Part shown: piece by piece, positions 52,821-63,704 of the stretch
Layout: each line of letters opens with the position of its first letter
Position numbering within the stretch: the first letter of the stretch is position 1
Origin: Octopus bimaculoides
Taxonomy: Eukaryota
Direction: 5' to 3'
Length of the DNA stretch: 64,000 bases
NCBI RefSeq assembly: GCF_001194135.2
Contig: NC_068982.1
Location: forward strand, 13,477,679-13,541,678
Program-made: the position numbers and the translations under genes
Notes under the pieces: model-generated
The model's input: the letters and a program-made list of their open reading frames with translations, nothing else
Database searches by the model: none
Told to the model about the DNA's origin: nothing

Positions 52821-53030
52821 GAGTGGGTGCTGAAAAGTTCCTGGCTTTAAGGGTATCACGAAAGGCCTGGTTGAAGGCTCACACTTCCAAGTTCTGTTAC
52901 AGGACTTACAAAAAGACAAGGACTGTTGCAATAAGTGTGTGAATCTGAGAGAGGAACATGTCGAATAAAATCATAAGTAACTGATCCTCCTGTAATTTCT
53001 TTTACCCAAAACAAGGAACATTTCAGTTAT
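52821..53030. mobile_element. Mariner-derived non-autonomous fragment
   Basis: Begins gagtgggtgctgaaaagttcctggcttt, a mariner-type TIR pattern; family assignment from recall. Confidence 0.5.
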
Positions 53031-53039
53031 GGGTTTCAT

Positions 53040-53790
53040 GTAATAGGAGTGTTAGCAGAACAGTCCACAACTCTTCTACTCTACAGTAGATATGTAGATG
53101 ACATTAATATCATAGTTAGGACCAACTCTAGTGACGGTAATGTAGAAACTGAGAAGAACATAATGGAGGGCATCCAGCAAATAACTAACTCCATCCACCA
53201 AAGTATCAAAGTAACTATAGTTTACCCCACTAAGTACCTCAACAACAGACTCCCTGGACTTGATACTGAACTTTGGTTAGAGACTGTGAACAAGAGTGCA
53301 GCTCCTCCACTCCTATTACATGAAATCCATAACTTCAAAATATGTCGTTCACAATGTTTCAGCTTTGTCACACATGAAAATTAACATACTGATAGCAGAC
53401 TTAGTTAGGATAATGAACAACATCTCCCCACTATGCAAACCCTATGAAACGAAAAACATATACAGAACTTCATGCACCGCATGCAGTTCTGTGGATATAA
53501 TCAGAAAGATAGGGTTCGAGTATACGAGGGGTGGGGCTAGAAAGAAATTAGATAACATTATATGTAATGATACCAGTGGTACCTACCCTAGATATAGAAA
53601 AAAAGAATGGAATAGGATACAAAGAACTTGTGACTTGGGAGTGAACACGTGGTATAAAACAAATATCAAGGAGTGATGTTTGTAGAGGCCACGGCCCATG
53701 GAGAACTAGCCCATAGATTTAGGAAAGCTCTGAAGGAGACCAAACTCAACATTAAGATTGTTGAAAAGCCAGGGAACTCTGTCAGATCAC
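53040..53790 (+). mobile_element. Penelope-like element RT/thumb/linker relic
   Basis: LLYSRYVDDINII (YVDD catalytic motif)...RLPGLDTELW...LLHSYYMKSITSKYVVH..SALS...KINILIADLVRI...FVEATAHGELAHRFRKAL...IKIVEKPGNS, with frameshifts. Confidence 0.8.
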
Positions 53791-53794
53791 AACT

Positions 53795-54202
53795 ATCTTT
53801 GTTTTCAAGACAAAAGGTGTTCTTCCATCAGGATAATGCTCAGCCAAATACAGCAAGGATAGCATTCCAAAGGCTGGATCAGTTTGAATGGGAAACGATG
53901 CCCCACCCACCATATTTGCCAGACATTTCCCTATCTGGTTATCATTTATTCCACAGTCTTCAAAATCATTTGGACGGAAACAATATGAATTCTATAGACG
54001 AGGTCAGAACAGTACTGGAGGAGTATTTTTTATCACAGACAAATGAATTTTGGACACAGGGTCTTGCAGTCTACCAGATAGACGGAAGAGCATTGTAGAA
54101 AATGAAAGAGTATATTTTAGGTTAAAAACGAACTTTGTTTATCTTAGTTTTGAAAAATAAGAGAAGTATAAAAAAACCACGTTATTTATGGGATGACCCA
54201 AA
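53795..54202 (+). mobile_element. Mariner transposase C-terminal half plus right TIR
   Basis: VFFHQDNAQPNT...WETMPHPPYLPDISLSGYHLFHSLQNHL (HDNARPH and YSPDLAP motifs); ends ttatttatgggatgacccaa. Confidence 0.85.
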
Positions 54203-55043
54203 AGGAATAACAGGTGATGCATAATTGTCAGGTCATTACAGCTGTTTTTTACATATTTTTTAAATAGAAGAATGAGAACTTTACTTCATTGCAAAAGCCG
54301 TAATTATCAGATGAAACATAATTTCAAAAACAAAAGAATATCGCAAAAATACAGCAGGGACATGACTGAAGTTTGTTGAAACTTACTATGAAATGGGAGA
54401 ATGACCAGCAAAATTAGCCATTGTGAGCATTAAGAGGTGGAATTAGGTTAAGAATTTAGTTTGTGAGAGGGTGTAATATGATATTCATGGTCAGTGTCCT
54501 TATATATTATATACTTTTCTATTCTAGGCACAAGGCCCATCCATAAATATTATATTACACACAAGCATGCATGCTCATACATATTTATATACACAAAGTA
54601 TAGTAGATGTTTGAATTTGAGCAAAGGGTAGATACATTTCTATTTCAACTCATACAAGAAATAAAAGAAAACATGATGAAATTGACCTAAATTTGTTCAG
54701 TTTCAGTCAATTTGAAACACACATTGTAGTAATGTGCAGAAGAATTTTCACTCAAATAAAATAATAGAGATCGTATTTGAAGTTTAGAGAATGATTTCAG
54801 AATTGTTTTGAAATTCTTTCTACTTATTTTTCTTTCACTTTGCAATATTCTTTTCACTTATATACATATATAATAATGCTATTTGGGATTCAGTTTATAT
54901 TTGCTTAAATCATTCAGTATATCAGATACCCAAAATAGCAAACGTAGTTATTCACTTGAAATAAGAGGTCTGAGCATTTTTCATAAATTCAAACCCTTTT
55001 CAGTTGACAGAAAAGAGAATTCATGATTATTTCTGTATTTCAG

Positions 55044-55322
55044 GAAAATAGTCTACGTCGATGAAGACCCTGGAAAAGTGTTTATATTTTTACAAACTGT
55101 ACAAACTATATTGGTAAATGCTAATATTTTTGCAGGTCTTAAAGTATTTTAGGTAAGTTTGGTGAAATTATAATTGATTTACAGTTATTTTACTGGTGTT
55201 GTATTTATGCTGGAATTATTTAAACTGAAGGTTAAGTAAAAGTGTGAACGAAAAATATTCGTTAAGGTTAAAGTATCATAGGTATGCAAAAAGAATCAGA
55301 AGAATGATGTCTTTATCCATTG
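55044..55322 (+). CDS. Cluster of candidate small exons: 55044-55077 (KIVYVDEDPGK), 55136-55152 (VLKYF), 55282-55322 (RYAKRIRRMMSLSI)
   Basis: Good acceptors at 55043 and 55135, donor TAG|gtaagt at 55152, phases mutually compatible. The first intron would be only 58 nt with a weak donor. Confidence 0.3.
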
Positions 55323-55458
55323 GTAACAGGTTCTGACAAGCTCGAAAGTGGACAGGACTTTTCACTCTTCGATTTCATCTCAAAGCCATGTTTATGTTTT
55401 AGTTTACTGGAATGCGTTAAGACATTCTTAATATGAATTCATTAATGATACCTTGCAA

Positions 55459-56032
55459 GGTAAATATTTGGATCTATTTTAAAACGGGGGTCACATTTTT
55501 CATTAATGTTTTACGTAGTGTTTTTGGTACGGAAAGGCTTTCAAACTTCGTATACTTATCTATTTTATGTTATAGAACAGAAAAATATTTTTGTATTCGA
55601 ATTTATTTCATGTAAAAAATTGTCTTATTTCGATAATGTCAACCAATCACTGACAAGTATTCAGTTGTTTACATTTACTCCTTTGGCTGATTAAGCGATG
55701 TAAAGCGTATTTAATCTCCATACCTTCGTTTTATTTGCTTTTTTCATTTTAAATTTGCTTTAACCCTAACCATAGGGTTAGGGTTAATTGTTTCAGAATC
55801 GTTTGTTTATGTAGTCGGCACTTAATGTATATCGGCCGAATGGACGTCAGTGATTGGTTGAAATTACAGAAATACAACTTTAACATGGAATAACTTATGG
55901 ATTTCTTTTTTTTTAAGAAGACTAAGAGAAAAAGATGTTTTATATGACACATTCTACCAGTGTTCCAAGTTTCAAAGTGTTTCGTTAATGAAAAATGTGG
56001 CCCCCGTTTTAAAAAAGATCCAAATATTTCCC
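55459..56032. mobile_element. Unclassified MITE with nested inverted repeats and central telomere-repeat palindrome
   Basis: 47-bp TIRs (55462-55508 / 55983-56029, 3 mismatches); inner perfect 16-bp IR (55639-55654 / 55846-55861). Confidence 0.8.
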
Positions 56033-56891
56033 CATAACCAGACATGTTTTTACAGAAGCCTGGGAATGAAGAACACTGCTTCCAAAATGGTGACATTTAT
56101 TTACAAATATCAGATGAAGCTAAAGCAAGGGGACAGTAAAACAGAAATACACACACACTCATACATGCTTATATACATATATAACATTATATCCATACCT
56201 ATCAACCTATTTATCTACATATAAAAACTAATGTATATACACATATACTTACACACGCATACACATACATAATATGTATAAGACAGGCTTCTTTCAGTTT
56301 TAGTCAACCAAACCCACTCACAACGCTTTGATCAGACTGGTGTTTTATTAGAAGACCTAAGCTGCTATGCAGTGGGACTGAACACAATGCCATGTAGTTG
56401 GAAAGCAAACTTCTTACCACACAGCCACACCTGTACCTAGCTAACATCATTAAATCAGTTTTGAGGTTAAATATTATTCTATTTTTGTCTCATTCAAAGT
56501 TTTGGTATGAGTGAGTCAAAATCCTTACATTTCAAAATGGAATGCAAGAAGTTATATTTGTGATTTTCCCCCCAAATCAGCAGCATTTTGAATTTTCTTT
56601 ATCTTTAATCAAGCATTGAAGAATAGTTTTCAAATCATTGTACAATAAGAGATTACCATTTCTCAATAGCGTCTATAAATATAAATATATGGATTAATTA
56701 GTCTTTGCTCAATAAATTTACATTCTTCAAAATGGAAGCAAGCTCATTCAGTGCATCATTGAATGCTGCATAATAAAAAGTATTGCAAGCTAATAAATAA
56801 AACATTTCCACTTCTCAAGTACCAATACCAATTCTATCAAGTCTTGTGCATAATCCTTTCTGAAAGTCTCAGATAAGAAAAATTGGACATA

Positions 56892-56931
<40 letters not shown>

Positions 56932-57392
56932 ATTACCAACAAAACAAAAGAAGCCTAAATACAGGAATATTTTAACTCATTGTTGCAAACAATCTAGTGG
57001 CTATTGTCTGTGTAGCAATTCTTGCTGCATATATTTCCAATTTATTTCCTTCTTTTAAGTACATTTCCCCTAAATTTTGATTGATAAAAGGCATCCATTT
57101 CTTTGATACATTAAGGTCATTTGCATCTGAATAAAAATTTCTCATGTTGGATAATATAGTTGTTGACTTTTGATCTTTAATCCTTATCTTTAATCTATTT
57201 TGTTTGTTTCTTGCATTCTTCAATAACTGCAGTTATTTGTTTATTTTTTATTGATAGTTTTCTAATTCCTTTTTGATCTTATTTTTAATTGCTATCATGG
57301 AAACTGTGTGTCAAATGAATGCTTTAAGTTCAGAGTCCTTTATTTGTAAAACAAATGAGCAAAAATGATTTTTTTTTTCCTTAATTTTATAG

Positions 57393-57517
57393 ATCTGCTT
57401 ATGGCTGCAATTAATAGCCTAATTAAGAACACAGGAAATGAGAGACAAATGAATCCTGCAGTGCAAAATAGCTTTAAAACAGTTATTAGCCAAATATATA
57501 TGCAAATATATTACTGA
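57393..57517 (+). CDS. Candidate exon (DLLMAAINSLIKNTGNERQMNPAVQNSFKTVISQIYMQIYY*)
   Basis: Strong acceptor ttttttttccttaattttatag; only the phase-1 frame is open (40 codons). Confidence 0.35.
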
Positions 57518-57683
57518 ATATGTTAAAATATATGTGTATATATTATGCACATATCAATATTCGTGTATATGTAAACATACATCTTTGTATATAAGCATGT
57601 ATGTATATGCATATCATCATCTTATATGTATGAATGTGTGTATTCTTCTTTTTTACATGTTTCAGCCCTAAGGCTGTGTCCAT

Positions 57684-58238
57684 AGCTGCGTGAAAGAGTG
57701 CCACACCCTAACAGTTGAGGGAACCCGTGGAAGAGGTAGGCCCAGGAAGACCTGGGCTGAGGTGGTGAGGCAAGACCTTCGTACATTGGGCCTCACCGAG
57801 GCGATGACTACTGACCGAGACCTTTGGAAATGTGCTGTGCGTGAGAAGACCCGGCAAGCCAAGTAAGATCGTTGCCAGTGCCCCTGGACTGGTTCTTGTG
57901 CGAGTGGCACATGAGATGCACCATTTTGAGCGTGGCCGTTGCCAGTACCGCCTGACTGGCTCCTGTAGGATTTTCGAGCGAGATCGTTGCCAGTGCCCCT
58001 GGACTGGCTTGTGCGGGTGGCACATAAAAGACACCATTTCGAGCGTGGCCGTTTTCGTGCGGGTGACACGTAAAAGCACCCACTACACTCTCTGAGTGGT
58101 TGGCGTTAGGAAGGGCATCCAGCTGTAGAAACTGCCAAATCAGACTGGAGCCTGGTGTTGCCATCCGGTTTCACCAGTCCTCAGTCAAATCGTCCAACCC
58201 ATGCTAGCATGGAAAGCGGGCGTTAAACGATGATGATA
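57684..58238 (+). mobile_element. Young 5'-truncated RTE LINE: last 60 ORF codons, repeat-rich 3' UTR, GAT tail
   Basis: 57684-57866 reads SCVKECHTLTVEGTRGRGRPRKTWAEVVRQDLRTLGLTEAMTTDRDLWKCAVREKTRQAK* without interruption; typical RTE C-terminus. Confidence 0.9.
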
Positions 58239-59034
58239 AGTGTGTAAGTATGTATGTGCATATTTACATATGTACTATAACAGCAATTAAAAAAGAGTTT
58301 TACTGTATTTATGCCAAGATTTGCGTTAATTTTTTTGACATGGCTGAAATCTTTGAATTAAAGGCTTTTATAAGTGATGAAAATTTGGTCAAAAACGAGG
58401 TTTTCAATTGCGAATTTCTAATATTTAAATAAAACATTAAATATCGAAGATTTAACAAGTTATTTAGATTTAAAAGCAGGGAATAAAAAGCAGAAAATTA
58501 GGTGTACTGAAAAAAGTCGAGAGAAACATGAAGTATGGAGGCAAAAGAAAAATTAAAATAGAAGAGAAAGAAAAGATTAAAGAAACACAGAAATGTACAA
58601 GGATTATAGAATAAGAATGAACGATTATCCCTGTTTAATACTGAATACAATGAGCTTTGTAGAAAAAGATAGTATTTATTCATTAGACTGGATTGTGAAA
58701 GTGAATAAGAAAGAATACGTCAGATTGGATGTAAGCAGAAAAACAGAAGAAATAGCAGTAAATTTGGGTTTATATTTTGATGAATAGTAAGAAAGAAGGC
58801 ACTCTGTATTATAAGAAAAGGAATATAAGTATTACAGGTGAGTGCAAAAGTGGATAACACATGGTAGGGCTTATGATCGAGTAACTGAATGTACTGTAAT
58901 GGAAAGAGTTATATAAATATACATATATGTATATGCTCACACACACATATACAGAGAGAGGAGGGAAAGGGGAAGAGAGAGTGAGAGACAAGAAGAAAAA
59001 TTACAGTTCTATATTTGAGAGATGAACAATTATT

Positions 59035-59190
59035 CTCTTCATTATTTACATTTGACGGAAATTTGTCCTCATCGTGTCAACAATGTTTCAGCTGATGTTC
59101 CTGACCTCAGCCTTCATCGGGTGTCCTGGGAGAATTTCGAACCTAGGTTCTCATTCCTAAAGTATTTTCCCGACATTATTATTATTATTA
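59035..59190 (-). mobile_element. Penelope-type terminal fragment with degenerate hammerhead (59074-59125)
   Basis: GACAC-CCGAUGA-A-GGCUGA...UCAGCU-GAAAC-AUU-GUUG; core and cleavage region mutated. Confidence 0.5.
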
Positions 59191-59203
59191 ATAATATAGA
59201 AAA

Positions 59204-59273
59204 GATTGAGGTAACTCCTCCTGAAGATATAGAGTCAAAATTGACTATATCTTCAGGAGGAGTTACCTCAATC
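59204..59273. other. Perfect 29-bp-stem foldback
   Basis: 59204-59232 is the exact reverse complement of 59245-59273; 12-nt loop. Confidence 0.95.
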
Positions 59274-59391
59274 CTTTTTATATTAACCAAAATGAAGTAG
59301 ATTGACAAATTTATTTTTTGAACCAGTTGAAGATACACAAGATGTCGAAATATCGTTCACCAGGTAACAATGGCACTCTTCTTTTAATTTT

Positions 59392-59505
59392 GGTATTATT
59401 ATTATTATTATTATTATTATTCTTCAAGTCACTACCTGGAATCGAACTCAGAATTGTGGGGTTAGTAGCCCACGCTCTTAACCACTACGCCAAACGCCCG
59501 TGAGC
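59392..59505 (-). mobile_element. Short tRNA-only SINE (family D) with (AAT)n tail
   Basis: tggcgtagtggttaagagcgtgggctactaacccc...gagttcgattcc (A and B boxes, GGG/CCC anticodon-like stem), followed almost directly by the AAT tail. Confidence 0.7.
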
Positions 59506-59789
59506 ATATAGCATAGTGGTTACATCAACCCTTCAAGATAATAAATATTGAAGTAAAGAGAGATACGTATAATGGTTGTAAAGGGAATGCTGCTCATGGT
59601 ACAAGAATTACAAAAACGTAAAATGCGATAAAAATAAAGTTGAAGGCATAAAACGTCAAATGGAGAAATAATATCTGGAGAGAAAGAAAAAGAAAACATT
59701 AAGACAGAGCAATTAACTATTAAATGGAAGAAGACGTTCAAGAGTATTAGGAAAAAGAACATCATCACTTAAAGATTCCATGTTGACTG

Positions 59790-61750
59790 ATTTCTTTATT
59801 AGGCATAAAGCCCTAAACATAGATGGGGACAGACAAGACCACAGTGGGGACAAAAAACATAAAACGAATGTAAATGAAATGAAAGTTATATAAAAATGAA
59901 AATGGACGCATGGGCCCCACTCCAATGCAGTACCATTTGAATCGTTATATTTACTATTTTCAATTGTTCTTTTTTTTTTCCTTTGATTTCATACTTTCTT
60001 TTCTTTAGTAAAACGTCATTAGTGGTTCGATTTCTCTTAACTCCACTATTGGTGGCAACTCTTTAAATTCCACCTCCACTCCTGACGGGTCAACGTTATC
60101 TCCACACATCTCTTTCAATTTTCTATAGTTTTTCTCTTCGATTACTATTGCCTGCATATCCTCTGCGTAAACGCATGAAGGCACCTTTACTCTTACTATT
60201 GAATGTAACTTGATAATTTTCTCCGTTTCAACATTTTTTGGATACGTTACATAATACCATACTTTTTTTCCTCGTATCTGCTTTTCTTGGACCTTCTCTT
60301 CCTCCATAAATAGTCTCTCCATCTCACCTTCATACAGTTGGGTTTCCAACACTTTCTCCACTTTCTTTTTTCGGTAGAGATGGACTATATGTAATCTGAA
60401 CCTTCCCCCCCCCCCTTATTTATTAATTTTTTTTTACGGAATCCCACGTTTTAGGCTATGGAGATTCCGATTCTGAAAAAAAAAGTTTTCAAAAATTTCA
60501 ATTCCCCCACCACCACCAAGCAGGCTATTTACATGCTAGAAATAACAGTCAAATCTCACAAAACTAGTGTTAGGGTTAGGGTTAGGTTTACCCTGTGGAT
60601 CTATATAAAAACCGGGGGCGGGGAATCGAAATTTTGAAATTGAGATTTTTGAAAAACATTTTTCAGAATCGGAATCTCCATAGCCTGAAACGTGGGATTC
60701 CGTAAAAAAAAATTTTTTAAATAAGGGGGGAAAGGTTCAGATTACATATAGTCCATCTGGACCATTCTTTTCTCACCTCGTCTTTCTTTTTCTGCTTCTC
60801 TGGCGGAGAATTCATTCCTTTTAACCATGGTGAATCCCTTCTCCGCTTCCTTTTCTGTTGCCTTGTCCTGTACAACCTGGTCCATACTCTCCTCCTGTCG
60901 TGTTTGTGGCTTTCTTTGGGTGCACCACGCCTTCATGCGGCCCCCATTTCTCCACGTGTGAAACACACTGGCGGCCTACCCGCCACAGTAACTCTCAGTC
61001 TCACATCTGGCAGTACAATCTCCTCCACCACGCTGTTCAAACCCTGTTGTTGCCTGAATCGTTAATTCGATCCCATATCCCCAGTAATCTACCTTCTGGG
61101 TCCTTGTAGCCTTCGGTATCTTCCAGTCTTTCATGTTGTACGTTATGGCTGTCATCAGCCATTCTTCTTTCAATTCGGGTGGCACCTTATCCACACGTTT
61201 GCCGCAGTACGAAGGCAAGAGCACCCATTCGTCTGTCCTTATTGCCTCTGTGGAGTGTTTTATTGCTTCCTCCTCCGTTGTGAAGCGCACCTCCACAGTG
61301 GCGTATCTTCTCCCTCTCGTACTATATGTAGTGAATCTTTTTAATTACACAACACATTCTTCTATGGCCTTCCTTGGTGTTATTTCTATCTTTCTCGTGG
61401 CTGCCTTCATGGTTTTGAAAATAACTGTTCTTTTTGTCACGTTGGCCGATAGTTCTTCCGGTGGTGTCAGCTTCAAAATGTTTCCTACCTTAGCGATAAG
61501 TTTCTCGCTCTCCTTAATTTTTTTTCGGCTCCACTTTTATCTTGCGGACCTCCAACTCACACGCGACTACACCTTTGCCCGTTGCGGCCGCATAACTTGG
61601 GCCTGCCTCCGGCTCCTTCACCATTTTCCCACAATGGGAAACAAAACAATTAACGATTTAACAATTCAAAAATAATTCAATTTACAATGGCAACAGATAT
61701 ATCCACATAAACTACCGCAAGGAACGACAATAACACCACTTATCTTGATG
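59790..61750 (-). mobile_element. Non-autonomous ORF1-only L1/Tx1-type retroelement with 18-bp TSD
   Basis: Perfect direct repeat AAGATTCCATGTTGACTG at 59772-59789 and 61751-61768. Decayed ORF MVKEPEAGPSYAAA...RGRRYATVEVRF...LLPSYCG...GRPPVCFT(R)GEMG.MKAWC (CCHC remnant). No RT or endonuclease sequence. Confidence 0.8.
60378..60758. mobile_element. MITE with ~100-bp TIRs and internal TTAGGG repeats, nested in the ORF1-only element
   Basis: agatggactatatgtaatctgaacc... / ...ggttcagattacatatagtccatct, plus matching ggaatcccacgttt.aggctatggagattccgattctgaaaa blocks. Confidence 0.9.
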
Positions 61751-62116
61751 AAGATTCCATGTTGACTGTGGTATTACTCATGAGGCAAAGAAATATATAC
61801 GAGGTGTATCACGTGACAAAATGGCGTTTATACGTGACCACAAATATTAAAATTAAAATATGTGAGACACGTGACAATATGGCGTTGAAGGAGAAGAGGG
61901 AAGAAAGACTGAAAAGAAAAAAGGATAAGGAAAGTGCATAGACATGGAACCAAATAATATTATGCTGTTATGTTATTGAGTAGAAGACAAATTAGTAAAT
62001 TAAGTGATAGGAGCTAAAATGTAAATGTATTTAAGGATACGTAAGATATACAATAACGAAATATGAAGGAATGTAGTATTACAGTGAACTTATTATACGT
62101 ACATACTATATATATT

Positions 62117-62194
<78 letters not shown>

Positions 62195-62209
62195 ATAAAA
62201 TGAGACAAC

Positions 62210-62530
62210 AAACCCAGGGCAGTGTGAAATTTCTAGGACATTTTATAAAGAGAAAGGTAGTCTTACAGCTGTTTCAGGCATATAAAAGATATCCCGTCAT
62301 CAGAGACGATATGAGAGAAAGGAAATAATAGAGTTCAATATAAGAAGTCATTTTGGAAAGGGAGAGATATAAGAAGTATAAAGAGAAGGATAAGGATAAA
62401 AACGTGTATGAAGGATGTTAAAGTTCCTGTTCCATTATCCACGGAATGTGCTGTGTAGAAAGGAAAGTCTAGCAGTGGTCCTTCCATAGCACTTACATAG
62501 CCTTACTTGCCTTTTGGGTCTTCTGGGTAG
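62210..62530 (-). mobile_element. Probable Penelope-like 3' end carrying a hammerhead
   Basis: Contains the HHR at 62260-62307; assignment rests on the known PLE-HHR association. Confidence 0.5.
62260..62307 (-). ncRNA. Minimal type-I hammerhead ribozyme motif
   Basis: GUCU-CUGAUGA-C-GG-G-AUAU-CUUUU-AUAU-G-CC-U-GAAAC-AGCU-GUA-AGAC: helix I GUCU/AGAC, palindromic helix III ACAGCUGU, GUA triplet. Confidence 0.7.
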
Positions 62531-63704
62531 CAAAACCTCGCATATTATATTTATATATACATATATACGACAGGCTTCTTTCAGTTTCCGTGTATCAAAT
62601 CTACTCACAAAGCTTTAGTTGGAGTCACACTATGGCTTGCCATAAAGAACAGAGATTTAGAGAAAATGTTTTGTGCTACGTGTGCCAACGTTTTATTCTG
62701 TGTTCAAATCCTCTTCAGACCAACCTTGCCTTTCTTCTCACAGGAGTCAGTAGAATAAAGTATACAATCAATGCTAGCTTGATATATTAACCCAACCAAT
62801 GCTTAGTTAATATATTTGAATAACCCCTAAAATTGTTGGCTTTGTACCAAAATTAATAACACTTATTATTCATTTCTTGATCATTTAATTATTCAGTTGT
62901 TAACCATCAAATTCTTTCATTACACTCAACTGGCCTGTTATCAAATTCTACACACAAATGTGTAGGTTTAAAAATTGAATTTTATTTTATATTCTGTTCT
63001 ATTTCATTCACTATGTGAACGAGTCGTCCTAGTCCTAATGTATGTATATGTGTGCACATGTGTATATGTATATACTTATTGGTGTTATGTCTGTGAGTGA
63101 TGTATATATGTAAGCAGTAGTGTGTCAAATACTGCCTTTACAATATCTGTCTAAGCTTTTTATCTTTTTTTTTTATCTTTCACAAATGGCATATTTATTT
63201 AGTCAACAGCTTATTTGCAAGAATAAAAGAATTAAAAATATAAACGGAAACATCATTGGTTGATATTAATTAAAAGTTCTTTTCGTCTTCAATTGCTAAT
63301 TAATGATCAAAACAACAGTGTTTGCTCATCCATGAAGAAAACGTTGATTTCAATTTTAAACCAAACTCTTTTAATAAAAATATCTAATAATATTTATCAT
63401 TAAACAAATAATCTGAAATAAACTTTGGAACATCAGAAACAGCAGTACTCATAGGATTTCAAAGAGAATTTTAGTATCTTATATCACAATAGACCCTCTG
63501 CTAATTGCTCAAAATGTAAATATTAATTGCATGTGTTTATGTGGATGGTGTTTACATATATACATAACATACATATGTGTGTGTGTGTGTAGATAGACAG
63601 GCAGACAGATAAACAAATAGATAGATAGATATTACAGTACACACATATAAATGCATAAATACATACATATCTATTCATTCACAAATTATATATATATATA
63701 TATA

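Noticed and set aside
57865-58075. Regularly spaced repeats as a possible CRISPR-like array
   Set aside because: The spacers are themselves repeated; these are internal modules of the RTE 3' UTR in a eukaryotic context.
59430-59500. Possible tRNA gene
   Set aside because: No acceptor stem, and it is followed by an AAT tail; interpreted as a short SINE. Other tRNA-like heads also belong to SINEs.
61133-61675. 180-aa plus-strand ORF
   Set aside because: Antisense shadow of the minus-strand ORF1.
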